IMG/VR virus record: IMGVR_UViG_3300048694_000674
Span: 32,001 to 96,000 of that record
Origin: a virus
Length of the DNA: 64,000 bases
Reading direction: 5' to 3' (one strand)
The notes beneath the pieces are model-generated. The model was not told where the DNA came from. It ran no database searches and saw only the letters and a program-made list of their open reading frames with translations. Position 1 is the stretch's first letter. Every line of letters begins with the position of its first letter. The position numbers and the translations under genes were made by a program. Shown here piece after piece: positions 7,825 through 18,031 of this stretch.

Positions 7825-10259
7825 TATCTTCTTGCTCTACCGATGTGATGATGCAATCCCTGATATGCCGCATACCCAAGAGCAACAGTTCCGAGTATCT
7901 CGAACACACGTCTGATCATATCATCATTGCCACCATCAACAACTCCAGGCTGTTTTGGTTTTGCTGTTTTGCTTTCAACATGCTTATCCAGTTTCTTTGA
8001 GACTACTGGTTTTGGTGCTGGTTGTGAAACAGAAGGAAGACCACTGAATTGATATGGGCTTACTGATCCAAATGTTTGAACACTTGGAGAAATTGGATAT
8101 AATTGTGCTGCTGGAGTGGCTTGACCTGGACCCAGAGGTAAACCAGATACTGGATCTATCGAATAAGGTTTGTCTGTACCTTTTAATGCTCTTTCGAGAA
8201 TATCTCCCTGTTCAAATTCATATCCAAAAGCTGGTTGATAATCTTCAACATTTATTGCGCCAATTTCGTCCAAATATGCGCCAGCTCCTCTGCGAGCTTT
8301 ATATCTATTAGCAGCATCAGTTAATGAAGCGCCTCTGCCAGCTAAAATATCGCCAACCTGTTTTAAATTTTTACTTCGATCTTCAACATCTCCTGGGACT
8401 GCTTTATTAGCTTCAACGAAATCATCCCACTGTGCGCTTGCTTGACGTACTGTTTGGCCAAGCACTTGAGACATTGGAGTTAATGGTACATCGGTTAGAG
8501 TTGGAGGATTCAATCCACCACTCCAATCAGCAATTGGAATTCTAGTATCAGTAGTTGGCGAGCGAGCTGCTGCAGGTGTTGTTTGAGGAGTTGCTTGCGC
8601 TGGCGTTTGTGTAGTTGTTACTGGAGCTGTATTAGTGTTTGTTAAATTAGCTTTAACTTCTTGGTTTGTGGCTACTGTACCACCACCCATCTTAGCACTA
8701 ATTGATGTTAGTTTTGCTCCATAATCTGGATCTGTTGCATATCCAGATCTGGATTGAGCGGCAATAGCTTCATTGATATTTTTAGCAGCAATAACACCTT
8801 TATATCTTTTATCAGACATTAAAAGATTAACATAATCTGCAGCTGATTCTGTTGGATCGCTATAAGATCTGAAATTCTGTTTGGTGGTAACCATTTTACC
8901 ACCAACAAACTCTTGTGTGGTAGCACTTACAGAATTTGGACCAGAACCTTTTATTCCGAACGCATTATTTCCAACCATGCGTCTACCATATCCAGTTTCA
9001 AGTGAAGTTTGTGTTGCTCCTAGTTGAGCAATAACTTCTGGATTTGGCACGCCTTTCTCTTTTGCAGCTGCATATACAGCATTGTACATTTTATCATAAT
9101 AACTTTTTTGAGATTCTGTTGCAGGTGAAGGAGCGACGCCTGGAGTTATAGGTGTAGTTGGAGTTGGTGGAGTAATCGCTTGTGTAGCGCCTCCACCTAC
9201 TATCGGTGTTTGTGTTGAAAGATTAGGTGTTCCCTGTGGCGTTTGTATTGATGCTGCTGGACCAGTTGCTCCACTAGAAGCGCCACCACCTCCACCCATA
9301 CCGCTAGCAGTAGAAGTTGTGCTACTTTTTGAATCGATCGTTAACGTACCAACTTCAAATGTAAGTTTCTGTGCACTGAAACGTAACTCATCAGCTTTAA
9401 ATGTTATATTGTTTTTGCCACCTCTTTGTTGAGCTTCAGCTATAGCCTGAGATTGTTTCTTATTGTCGCCAAAGAAATAGTCATATCCTTTTTGACCAAG
9501 TTCACTACCAGCTATTGAACCACCAATACCACCAATGACTCCACCTGCAAGAGAACCAAATGGTCCTCCAATCATTCCCAGCGCAGCACCAGCTTCAGCT
9601 CCTGCAATACCGCCAGCTAAAGCACCACCACCAGCTGTTGCAGCTTTACCAACACTACCAGTTTGTTCATAAACATCTGATGCTTCTAATGCAGCACCAA
9701 TACCAGGAAGTAATTTTCTACCTAAAAATCCACCAATTCCTGGACCTTTGACTTTACCACCAACTCCTTTTGGCGTTTTACCACCAGCTGCAGGTTTAGC
9801 TCCACCACCAACACGACCAATTGGAATTTTATCTGTCAGATTTTTGATAGCATCTAATATACCACCACCATCTTTTGATATATTACCAATCTTTTCGGCG
9901 ATCTCAGATAGTAATGTTGATGATTGTTCCATCTCAGCCAGTTGTTCTCTGAGAATGGTATTATTATCACGTATATAATCTTGGATTGATTCGAGCTCTA
10001 ATCTAAGTTCAGCTTTATCTCGCTTATCTTCATTGTCGAGCTTCTGTTTGTCTTCTTGAAAAACCTTACGTTGTTTTTCATTATTATACGTATCAGGGAA
10101 AATGGAACTGAGAAACTTGGCATATCCAGGAAGCGTTTCCTCGATTGCTTTACCTTCTTCGTCGGTAAATCTATCCTGTTTGTCGCGATAAATGTTTCTG
10201 CCGCCAACAACACCCACAAACTCGTGACCAAGTTTATTATTCTTTTTCTTTTTAGCCAT
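7824..10259 (-). CDS. Tape-measure/gp29-like protein with GH73 (FlgJ-like) glucosaminidase domain
   Basis: Coiled-coil N-terminus, glycine-zipper region (GGALAGGIAGAEAGAALG), LETGYG...NNAFGIK...YATDPDY motif; follows gp26/gp51. Confidence 0.78.
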   Translation of the reverse strand: MAKKKKNNKLGHEFVGVVGGRNIYRDKQDRFTDEEGKAIEETLPGYAKFLSSIFPDTYNNEKQRKVFQEDKQKLDNEDKRDKAELRLELESIQDYIRDNNTILREQLAEMEQSSTLLSEIAEKIGNISKDGGGILDAIKNLTDKIPIGRVGGGAKPAAGGKTPKGVGGKVKGPGIGGFLGRKLLPGIGAALEASDVYEQTGSVGKAATAGGGALAGGIAGAEAGAALGMIGGPFGSLAGGVIGGIGGSIAGSELGQKGYDYFFGDNKKQSQAIAEAQQRGGKNNITFKADELRFSAQKLTFEVGTLTIDSKSSTTSTASGMGGGGGASSGATGPAASIQTPQGTPNLSTQTPIVGGGATQAITPPTPTTPITPGVAPSPATESQKSYYDKMYNAVYAAAKEKGVPNPEVIAQLGATQTSLETGYGRRMVGNNAFGIKGSGPNSVSATTQEFVGGKMVTTKQNFRSYSDPTESAADYVNLLMSDKRYKGVIAAKNINEAIAAQSRSGYATDPDYGAKLTSISAKMGGGTVATNQEVKANLTNTNTAPVTTTQTPAQATPQTTPAAARSPTTDTRIPIADWSGGLNPPTLTDVPLTPMSQVLGQTVRQASAQWDDFVEANKAVPGDVEDRSKNLKQVGDILAGRGASLTDAANRYKARRGAGAYLDEIGAINVEDYQPAFGYEFEQGDILERALKGTDKPYSIDPVSGLPLGPGQATPAAQLYPISPSVQTFGSVSPYQFSGLPSVSQPAPKPVVSKKLDKHVESKTAKPKQPGVVDGGNDDMIRRVFEILGTVALGYAAYQGLHHHIGRARR

Positions 10260-10298
10260 TTATGAGCCTGTTATTATTGAATTTATTATATTTAGTTG

Positions 10299-10487
10299 TT
10301 ACCTAGCCTGTTTTTGTTTCTCTTCCAGTTCTTTCAGATAAGCAGATAGTAACTCAACATATATGTCACGCTCAAAAACTATTAGATTCTCTATTTCAGA
10401 TAAAGACCATTTGTGGTGATGAGTCAGAGCAAAAATGGTCTTATAATAGTTGTCGAGCGTATTGTGAGTTACCGCAACGTAAAAAAA
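10299..10487 (-). CDS. gp51: gp51-like baseplate hub assembly protein lacking a start codon (probable -1 frameshift extension of gp26)
   Basis: Manual translation: YVAVTHNTLDNYYKTIFALTHHHKWSLSEIENLIVFERDIYVELLSAYLKELEEKQKQAR*. Not in the ORF track because it has no ATG/GTG/TTG. Confidence 0.82.
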   Translation of the reverse strand, partial: FFYVAVTHNTLDNYYKTIFALTHHHKWSLSEIENLIVFERDIYVELLSAYLKELEEKQKQAR

Positions 10488-11194
10488 TCGGTTAATGCCT
10501 TCATCTCAATTGTGCGGGTATTACCAAGCGAGTTTTTGTATTCTATCTTGTAATAGAGCGAAGGTAGATTAAACATAAACTCGCGAATCTTTTCGAAGCT
10601 CTGAATATCCATCAATTCAATAAACTCAAGCATATCTTCTTCTGAAAAATCTTTGCTCTCATATACATTTTCTGAGTCATAGACCTGATCAATACATCGG
10701 ACTATCAATCTATAGAATGTTTCTTCGCCCTGTGCGCCGAGGAATGTTTTGTCATCATAGATTTCTGCTGTTGGATATCTCATAATCAAACCAGAAGTAG
10801 GTGTGATCGCAATCTTAGTATCAATCTTCTTTGGATAAACAATTGATACTTTCTTTAGATCAACTTCAAACTCATAGCTCTTTTCATCCTCTGTATCTCT
10901 GTATGATACTTTGATTGTATCGCCAATAGAAAAACCACGAAGGCGAACAAACAAATACTCCAATGCAAATAGAGATATCTTTTCAACATTGAGCGAAGGA
11001 TCAAGACAACAATTTGTTACAACCTGTTTGATTGCAGAAAGAATGTCTGTTGGTTCCTCGCTGACTTTTGCCATCAAAAGAAGCTTTTCTTCTTTGACCA
11101 ACATTGGTCGAAACATATATTGTTTCTTTTCGGGAGGGATTGCAATGTTGATTGTCGGATAATCAATTTTAGGTAACTGCATATTATACTCCAA
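10469..11194 (-). CDS. gp26: Baseplate hub assembly protein
   Basis: LPKI..P......P......FRP.LVKEEK.LLMA, EYLF..LR..SIG and terminal L.DFF motifs. Confidence 0.9.
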   Translation of the reverse strand: MEYNMQLPKIDYPTINIAIPPEKKQYMFRPMLVKEEKLLLMAKVSEEPTDILSAIKQVVTNCCLDPSLNVEKISLFALEYLFVRLRGFSIGDTIKVSYRDTEDEKSYEFEVDLKKVSIVYPKKIDTKIAITPTSGLIMRYPTAEIYDDKTFLGAQGEETFYRLIVRCIDQVYDSENVYESKDFSEEDMLEFIELMDIQSFEKIREFMFNLPSLYYKIEYKNSLGNTRTIEMKALTDFFTLR

Positions 11195-11206
11195 TTGTTA
11201 CATAAA

Positions 11207-11902
11207 TTATGGTTGTGGTTGACGAGTAGTTCTTACTCCACCAAGAGTTGTTTGAGTTTGAGGATCGCCGAGCACCCATTCTCTGAATGTCAATCTTGTT
11301 GTTATCTTTACTAGATTATTATGATCGCTCCAGCTGAGAGGAACGTCATTAATAGAAATCGGATAAGCTTTCAGCAATGTTGTTCTTATTGCCTCGAGTC
11401 CAGAAGTATCATATACTGTGATGTTGACAGTCGCTGCGTAATTGTCTTTGTACTCAGCTGTATAGAATGAGCCTCTCAAATTTGAATTAATATCATTGTT
11501 TATTGGTCCAAATATATTTGTTTTCGATTCATGACCATTCATACCAAAAATATAATTGAACCATGTATACCAAAACGAATATGCAAGACCAAATCTATCA
11601 CAAACAAATGTCAAATCAATATCAGTGTAGTTGGCAGAGAATGGCATTTTTTCTTGAATACCAAGACCAAGACGATTGATATCTGTTGTACGCATCGCCA
11701 TTCCAGGTATCGAAGCATTAATACAACGATATGTCAGATCACGAGATGTTTGTCTATTCGAATCGCTATTACCAGCCTGATCGTTAATTCTATAACCTGC
11801 TAACGGACCCTGAAGAAAGATGGTAACATCGTATTTGTTTGTTTGTAGTATACCATCGTCTTCAATATATGCCTTAAAACGTTCTATGTCGAAACCGTAC
11901 AT
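11207..11902 (-). CDS. gp54: Baseplate tail tube initiator
   Basis: N.Y.V, C..ASIPG, K.P...Y.DI.LTF, AYP.SI....LSW motifs. Confidence 0.82.
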   Translation of the reverse strand: MYGFDIERFKAYIEDDGILQTNKYDVTIFLQGPLAGYRINDQAGNSDSNRQTSRDLTYRCINASIPGMAMRTTDINRLGLGIQEKMPFSANYTDIDLTFVCDRFGLAYSFWYTWFNYIFGMNGHESKTNIFGPINNDINSNLRGSFYTAEYKDNYAATVNITVYDTSGLEAIRTTLLKAYPISINDVPLSWSDHNNLVKITTRLTFREWVLGDPQTQTTLGGVRTTRQPQP

Positions 11903-11905
11903 TTA

Positions 11906-12499
11906 TTACACCATTGAAAGAGAATCTTTGAATACGATAGACTTGTTTGCCTTTTGGAATCTTTCAGTCGGTAGCATTAATGCATAATCCCATTCATCTG
12001 GTGAAATGTAAATGAATGGCGAGCCAACATGCGAAAATAGATATTTTTTAACACATGGTTTGAAATATCTAAAACGACTGGCTCCGCTCAATATCTGATA
12101 AGATATCTTCAACAAAGTTGTTTTATCATACTTTTTATTATTTATTGTTGAATAAAGAGCATCCATCAGTCTAGCTCTCAACACAGGAGGCAGGTAATGG
12201 AGATTTATACCAAGGAAACTGTCGCCATAAAACTCAATTGGAAATACCAATGGGAATGTATCATAGTATGGCAAAATGTCTTTTGTTTTGGGATCATAGA
12301 CAAACATATACATTTTACCAATAGAGTTCGCTGACAATGATTGAAAACGAACAAATGGTTGTGTTGTTTGTGTTATCTTTCTGTTGTCTATTCTTTTGAC
12401 TTTGAGAGCTTGAGAACGAAACCAGTCAACAGCCTCTCTAGATCCAGCTTTGAGATCCTGAGAAGAAGCTTTTGTCAATATGTTCTGGAATACAGCCAT
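11906..12499 (-). CDS. gp2: DNA end protector protein
   Basis: GKMYMF.YDPK.K..LPYYD.FPL, GINLHYLPP..R, PC.K.YL..H motifs. Confidence 0.96.
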   Translation of the reverse strand: MAVFQNILTKASSQDLKAGSREAVDWFRSQALKVKRIDNRKITQTTQPFVRFQSLSANSIGKMYMFVYDPKTKDILPYYDTFPLVFPIEFYGDSFLGINLHYLPPVLRARLMDALYSTINNKKYDKTTLLKISYQILSGASRFRYFKPCVKKYLFSHVGSPFIYISPDEWDYALMLPTERFQKANKSIVFKDSLSMV

Positions 12500-12942
12500 C
12501 AGAATTTTATCCCTAACTCTTTTTCGGTCATAATCATAAATTCCCAGCCTCTATCAAGACAGTACTCGCGAGCAGCTTTCCACTTAGCATCATTTACACC
12601 CCATGTCATTACCTCAGTAATATACCTTCTTGTCTTGGTATTCTGGACGACAGGAGGCTTGGTTTGCGCTGCTGGTTTTACTTCGATCAACACTGTTTTC
12701 TTTATACCTTCTTTATTTATGATTGTGGCTATAAAGTCAACAAAGTATCTATGGATTCTGTTATCGACTGGAGAACGATAAGGTATGACAACTTCTTCCG
12801 ATCCCCAGCTAACCACATTTGGGTCTTTATCAAAACGATCCATCAAAAGACATTCCCAGCGAGAGCGATAAATAATATTCGAAGGATTGCCTTTGTATTT
12901 TTGAGGATTCAGCGGTTTGAAATAACCTTTGTAAGTCGCCAT
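12499..12942 (-). CDS. gp4: Head completion nuclease
   Basis: YKG.F.P.NP.KYKG...IIYRS.WE, WGSEE..IPY.SP.D...HRYF.DF, IEVKP motifs. Confidence 0.96.
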   Translation of the reverse strand: MATYKGYFKPLNPQKYKGNPSNIIYRSRWECLLMDRFDKDPNVVSWGSEEVVIPYRSPVDNRIHRYFVDFIATIINKEGIKKTVLIEVKPAAQTKPPVVQNTKTRRYITEVMTWGVNDAKWKAAREYCLDRGWEFMIMTEKELGIKF

Positions 12943-12959
12943 GCGTTGTAAAGACTCTC

Positions 12960-12984
12960 AATAAATAATAAAAAGATATTTATC
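12960..12984. promoter_or_regulatory. Divergent late promoters between gp4 and gp48
   Basis: AATAAATA on + (12960-12967) and GATAAATA on - (12977-12984) in the short intergenic gap. Confidence 0.55.
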
Positions 12985-12995
12985 AAGGAACCAGA

Positions 12996-13904
12996 ATGCC
13001 AGTTGTAATCGATCCAGTCACAGGCGAAGCTATTAGTTCTCCTGGAGTTTCAGGTAAAAGCCCCGCATATTTCCCTTTGGATTTAGCAACGTTTGATTAT
13101 TGGATGACATTTCAATTTTATGAATATCAGATGCCTGATTTAATTTCGCAACAAATTTCAAATAGTTTAACATCTGTTGGGTTTCCCATTAGATTACCTC
13201 TACCTAACTCAATGATTGACGCTAATCATGTTGAATATTCGGCTGAAGGCATAGGATTAGCTGGAGCAGCTGCAGTTACTGCTGCTAAAGGATTATCTGG
13301 AGCAGATTTTAGTTCTGTAACAAGTCTTGGAAAAACGCTTGCTAAACCACTAATGGATACAGGATTGTATGCATTAGGATCTAAATTAGAATCAGTTTTA
13401 AATAATGCGCCTGGGAGAGCTGCTTTAGCAACAAAAGGAGTAGCTTTAAATCCTTTTTTGACAGTTTTATTTAAATCTCCTGCATTCAAAAAACATACAC
13501 TGTCATGGAAATTAACTCCATCTAATGAACCAGAATCTAGAATTCTTAATTCGATATTAACAAAATTTCGCGCTAATATGTTACCTGGGATGGCTGATGG
13601 GTTGGGTGGAGCTTTGTTAACATATCCAAACATTGTTCAAATTGACGTTAATAGTAGCAGCGAAGAATATTTTAGATATACTTTCAAACCAGCAGTAATT
13701 ACTGATGTTGCTATAGATTTTACAGCAGCGGGTCAACCATCATTTTTTGGATCAACGAAAGCTCCTACAGAAGTGTCACTTCGTCTAGAATTGATGGAAA
13801 TTGAATATTGGTTGTCAAGAGATTATGGTTTAAATCCAAATTCAGTTGGTGCTGATTTTGTCAAACAACTTATGGGTAATACAGTTGAAGAAACTCCAAG
13901 ATAA
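12996..13904 (+). CDS. gp48: Baseplate tail tube cap
   Basis: I.LP.P, NP....LF..P.F..H...WKL.P....E, LELMEIE motifs. Confidence 0.85.
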   Translation: MPVVIDPVTGEAISSPGVSGKSPAYFPLDLATFDYWMTFQFYEYQMPDLISQQISNSLTSVGFPIRLPLPNSMIDANHVEYSAEGIGLAGAAAVTAAKGLSGADFSSVTSLGKTLAKPLMDTGLYALGSKLESVLNNAPGRAALATKGVALNPFLTVLFKSPAFKKHTLSWKLTPSNEPESRILNSILTKFRANMLPGMADGLGGALLTYPNIVQIDVNSSSEEYFRYTFKPAVITDVAIDFTAAGQPSFFGSTKAPTEVSLRLELMEIEYWLSRDYGLNPNSVGADFVKQLMGNTVEETPR

Positions 13905-13927
13905 TAACATATTAGGTTATAAAATAA

Positions 13928-14842
13928 ATGCCTGAGTCATATTTTAAAAACTTTAACACAATACAGTACGGTAACAGTACATCTAATTCAACTGTTGTTG
14001 ATATAACAGAACGTGTTGTTGTGCTTAATAATGTTCAGAAAAATCTCAATGGTTACTATCCAATGGATATTACAGATGGTAAACGTGCTGATCTTGTTTC
14101 ATATAATATGTACAAAGATCCATACGCTAGCTGGACGCTTTATCTCGCAAACGATATCGTCGACCCATACTACGAATGGTATATGACGGATCAGCAATTT
14201 AATGATTACATTGTTTCAAAGTATGGTTCTATTGCTATTGCATCACAGAAGGTCGCATTTTGGAGAAATGACTGGGTTGATAAACCAACACTATCTCCTG
14301 ACGCATATCAGGCTGAGATCTTAGGTAATCCAGAGCGTATTAAATATTGGCAAGCAAATTATAATTACAGCGGAACACCAATCGATTATTATAGAGTAAA
14401 AGAAGATTGGAAGGTAAACACAAATAAGATTGTAAAGCTGAACGTTGCAGTTGGTAGTAATACTTCATTTATTACCAATGAAGTTCTTACTATTGATTGT
14501 ACTGCTCTCAGCTATGGCTCTGGTAAAGCTCAGGTTATTTCTGCCAACTCAACAAACATAATTATCAATAATCCAGTCGGCGATTTTATTACTAATTTCT
14601 CTGCTGACCCAGTATTCAACATTGGAACAATTACTGGTCAGGAAAGTGGTGTTACCTGTAATATGACAGGAGCATCAGAGATTTATAAAAATTTGGCTGA
14701 CAATGTTGTAGCATATTGGTCGCCTGTTTATTATTATGATTATGAGAGAGAAAAAAATGAGGGTAACAAAACAATTAAAACGATCAAACCAGCTTATGTT
14801 CCAACATTTATTAATAATGTCAAATCATTGTTAGGACAATAA
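13928..14842 (+). CDS. gp53: Baseplate wedge subunit
   Basis: YF..F..I.Y, G.RAD.V....Y.D....W....N.I.DPY.EW, YDYE...NE motifs, with an insertion. Confidence 0.88.
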   Translation: MPESYFKNFNTIQYGNSTSNSTVVDITERVVVLNNVQKNLNGYYPMDITDGKRADLVSYNMYKDPYASWTLYLANDIVDPYYEWYMTDQQFNDYIVSKYGSIAIASQKVAFWRNDWVDKPTLSPDAYQAEILGNPERIKYWQANYNYSGTPIDYYRVKEDWKVNTNKIVKLNVAVGSNTSFITNEVLTIDCTALSYGSGKAQVISANSTNIIINNPVGDFITNFSADPVFNIGTITGQESGVTCNMTGASEIYKNLADNVVAYWSPVYYYDYEREKNEGNKTIKTIKPAYVPTFINNVKSLLGQ

Positions 14843-16080
14843 TGGCAAGTTTTAATCCTGGCGACGTTCTCATTGATAAAATACAGATAGTATCACCAAG
14901 AACCTCTTCGTGGAACTTGGCACCTAATTTTTTGTCATGCGATATATTCGAATCGATTTTTACTCCTGCAGTTCTTGCCTATATCGAAGTGCTTGATGAT
15001 AGAGATTATCTTGGTACATATGCCAAATTAGCTGGCGATGAGTTAGTAATTTTCACATTTAGAGTTCCAAATAAACAACAGGTATCATATTCATTCCATC
15101 TAAACAGCGTCAAAGATATTGTTAATGAGGGTGCAAACAAGTCAAAGGTTTATAAGCTAGAGTGTATCAGCCGCGAAGCATTGACAGGTCAGGTTAATCA
15201 TGTTCAAAAAGCATATGATGGAACAATCGATGAGATGGTACAGGATATTGTCAAAACAAAATTGAATACGAAGTTGCCACTCGATGCAGAAAAGACAAAG
15301 GGTAAAAGCAAAAGAGTTATTGTCAATCAGCCAGCGCTGCAGGTAATCGAAACACATCGCAAAGAAGCTGTTTCTGATAAGAACAAAGGTTCAAACTTTA
15401 TGTTCTGGCAAACATGGCGTGGATTTTATTTTCAATCATTAGAATATATGATGCAGAAAAACGATGTCAAAAAGTTTAAACACATTAACACAGTTGGTCA
15501 TGATATTAGAACTTCAATCGATGATAACATTCTCGCATACGAAGTAAAACAGAATATGGATGCAGCTTCGCGTATCAAAGCAGGTGTTATGAATCATCGT
15601 ATTACAACATATGATCCACATACCCATGCCTATGTTTCTCAAGACTTCAAGCCAAAAGGCGAAGAGATGACTAACTTGGGCAAAGGTATCATAACAACAT
15701 TAGCATCATTTACAGATCTGTTCTCTGATCCTTCTTATAACAAAACACATTTCAGAGTAAATAATCCAAATTTATCTGTTGGGTTAGGTAAAAGCTTTGT
15801 TCCTGAATCTATACCTTACAAACAGCTGAATATGGCACAGATGCAAGAGCAGATGTTACATTTGACAGTTATTGGAGATCCAGTATTGGAGCCAGGAAAA
15901 ACTATCAATGCTGTAATCAATAAGATTACTGGCGAAACAATATCAAATCAACAGGACACACAGGCGAGTGGTCGTTGGTTGATATCAAAAACACATCATC
16001 AAATAAGAAGAGCAAATCAATTACCTAGATATGTTATGAGTTTAGAATGTCTCAAGGGTTCATATGAGGAGAAGGTATAA
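14842..16080 (+). CDS. Baseplate hub protein (gp27-like)
   Basis: IFESIF.P, F.FWQ...GF.F.SLE, GDP.L.PG, SGRWLI....H motifs; between gp53 and gp5. Confidence 0.75.
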   Translation: MASFNPGDVLIDKIQIVSPRTSSWNLAPNFLSCDIFESIFTPAVLAYIEVLDDRDYLGTYAKLAGDELVIFTFRVPNKQQVSYSFHLNSVKDIVNEGANKSKVYKLECISREALTGQVNHVQKAYDGTIDEMVQDIVKTKLNTKLPLDAEKTKGKSKRVIVNQPALQVIETHRKEAVSDKNKGSNFMFWQTWRGFYFQSLEYMMQKNDVKKFKHINTVGHDIRTSIDDNILAYEVKQNMDAASRIKAGVMNHRITTYDPHTHAYVSQDFKPKGEEMTNLGKGIITTLASFTDLFSDPSYNKTHFRVNNPNLSVGLGKSFVPESIPYKQLNMAQMQEQMLHLTVIGDPVLEPGKTINAVINKITGETISNQQDTQASGRWLISKTHHQIRRANQLPRYVMSLECLKGSYEEKV

Positions 16081-16403
16081 TGACACAGAGTTCTCTTGGC
16101 AGCTATATGGAAATGTTTGTTGCGGAAGTAAGAGACATTCGAGACCCAAATCCAGGATCTGGTAAAGTTAAGTTGATGATACATGGCCATCATAATGCAG
16201 GTCCAGAACCAATCAAGGATGAAGATTTACCATGGGGGCATTGTATTGTTAACAATTCACCATCATTGAATGGTATTGGTAAAACAATCAACTATTTGCC
16301 AGGAACAACTGTTGTTGGATTTTGGTTAGATCCTGAGACAAAAAAGATTCCAGTTATTTTAGGTAGCATGCACAGAGCTGCGCTACCAGATTATGCGGAT
16401 TAA
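16080..16403 (+). CDS. gp5: gp5 N-terminal OB-fold, stand-alone
   Basis: F..EV.D..DP...G.VK....G.H.....EDLPW and G..VVGFW.D....PVILGS motifs. Confidence 0.85.
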   Translation: MTQSSLGSYMEMFVAEVRDIRDPNPGSGKVKLMIHGHHNAGPEPIKDEDLPWGHCIVNNSPSLNGIGKTINYLPGTTVVGFWLDPETKKIPVILGSMHRAALPDYAD

Positions 16404-16406
16404 CAA

Positions 16407-18029
16407 ATGTCAATAGATCCAAATCCAAAAGTAGGAGCGACACCTCCATCTAAAGTTGAAACTGAAGGTACAGCTCCAGACAAAAAACCAAATCCATCAG
16501 CTCCTGTTGGTCCATTACAAAAATTAAATAATCCTATTGCTGGTAAAGATGGTTATAAAATGCCGCAAGGTATTGGCGCTGATGGTACTGGTAAAGTTCC
16601 TTCTGATAGTGCATCTTTATTGTCTAAAACTGGATATACATGGGGATTGAATTCACCAGTAGGCGAACAACAAAGTTCTAATACGCCAACAGATGCGAGT
16701 GCTGTTAGAAAAGCCAAAGATGAAAAGAAAAAACAAAATCCAAAACTAGATCCAGATCAACCAACGATTGTGTCTCAAGATCTCAGTAAAAATGTACAAG
16801 ATGCATTTATGTCTGCAAATCCCCAATCACTTGGAGCTGTTCTTGTAAAAGCAATGCAGTCAATGGTTATGCTGAAGATGATGAACAAACTGACTAGCCC
16901 TGCTGGTATAAACAGTATGTCATCTGGTGGTATCGGTGGAGCTTTACAGGGAGTAGCAGGAGCTGTTGGTCTTGGATCAATGATGGGTGCATTGAATCAA
17001 GTAATGATTCCATTATCAACTTCTGGTCTATTAAATGGATCAGCAACAGATGCTCTTCATGCTGGTATGGTTGGAATGATGAATAATACAGCTGTTGGCG
17101 CATTATCTGCACAAGAGATAGCAGCTGCTCAATCAACAGTTTCGACAGTAGCATATGCTATGAATGCTATTGCTACTGGTAACGCAAGCGGAGCAGTTGA
17201 TGCTATTGCGTCTTTCGGTGGTCCTGCATTTGGATTAACACCTGGATCTCTTGCAGCAAGAATTGCTTTAGTTGGACCAAGTGGCAGAATACAATCTTCA
17301 GGTATATACAATGGTGTAAGAATTTATACGACAATAACAACATCCCCAAATCCACATCTTACAAACAATATTCCTATTCTTACGGGCGCAGAACATGTTA
17401 GTATAGCAACTGCAGCAGTTAGCGTTATTGCTGGTGGCTTGAGTGATGCTCTTGGTATCGATAATCCTGTTGGTTCTACATTAAATTTTGTTAGTAAAGC
17501 ATCTGGAACTGTTAGCGACCTGACAGCTGGTGCTGGACTTATTTCTGGCTTTCCAAATATAAATAGCTTTACTCATAATGCTTTTGGTAGTATAATCAAT
17601 AGTGGGATCGATAATATAGTTAGTTCTGGATTAAACAAAGTACTTGGTGTTCCTACTTCTGGATTGCTGGGTGCTGCGACATCATTACTACCAGCCATTG
17701 GCGGAGATATTATCAGCTCTATATCTGAAGCTCCTTTAGCTAATGTTAATAGCGGTAAGATAAATCAAGCAATGCAGAATGCTACAAAGGCATTAGCATT
17801 ATCAAGAGCTGGATATAACGTTGCTCAGAATATATTTGGAGCTTCAAGAGCAGAACAGATAGTTCAAGCAATTGACAGTTCATCAAATTTAGCTGCAGCT
17901 GTTGGTGGCGCGATTAATATGGTTACAGCTTTTGGAGATATTATCCATAGCGCTCCAGCTGAAATGCAAAATAAAATGGTGACGGCTGGAACACAATATG
18001 CTGTTGGTAATGGTTTAATAAGGTTATAA
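16407..18029 (+). CDS. Gly/Ala/Ser-rich hydrophobic protein between the gp5 halves
   Basis: 540-aa ORF; Pro/Lys-rich linker followed by long apolar helical segments. Confidence 0.8.
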   Translation: MSIDPNPKVGATPPSKVETEGTAPDKKPNPSAPVGPLQKLNNPIAGKDGYKMPQGIGADGTGKVPSDSASLLSKTGYTWGLNSPVGEQQSSNTPTDASAVRKAKDEKKKQNPKLDPDQPTIVSQDLSKNVQDAFMSANPQSLGAVLVKAMQSMVMLKMMNKLTSPAGINSMSSGGIGGALQGVAGAVGLGSMMGALNQVMIPLSTSGLLNGSATDALHAGMVGMMNNTAVGALSAQEIAAAQSTVSTVAYAMNAIATGNASGAVDAIASFGGPAFGLTPGSLAARIALVGPSGRIQSSGIYNGVRIYTTITTSPNPHLTNNIPILTGAEHVSIATAAVSVIAGGLSDALGIDNPVGSTLNFVSKASGTVSDLTAGAGLISGFPNINSFTHNAFGSIINSGIDNIVSSGLNKVLGVPTSGLLGAATSLLPAIGGDIISSISEAPLANVNSGKINQAMQNATKALALSRAGYNVAQNIFGASRAEQIVQAIDSSSNLAAAVGGAINMVTAFGDIIHSAPAEMQNKMVTAGTQYAVGNGLIRL

Positions 18030-18031
18030 AA

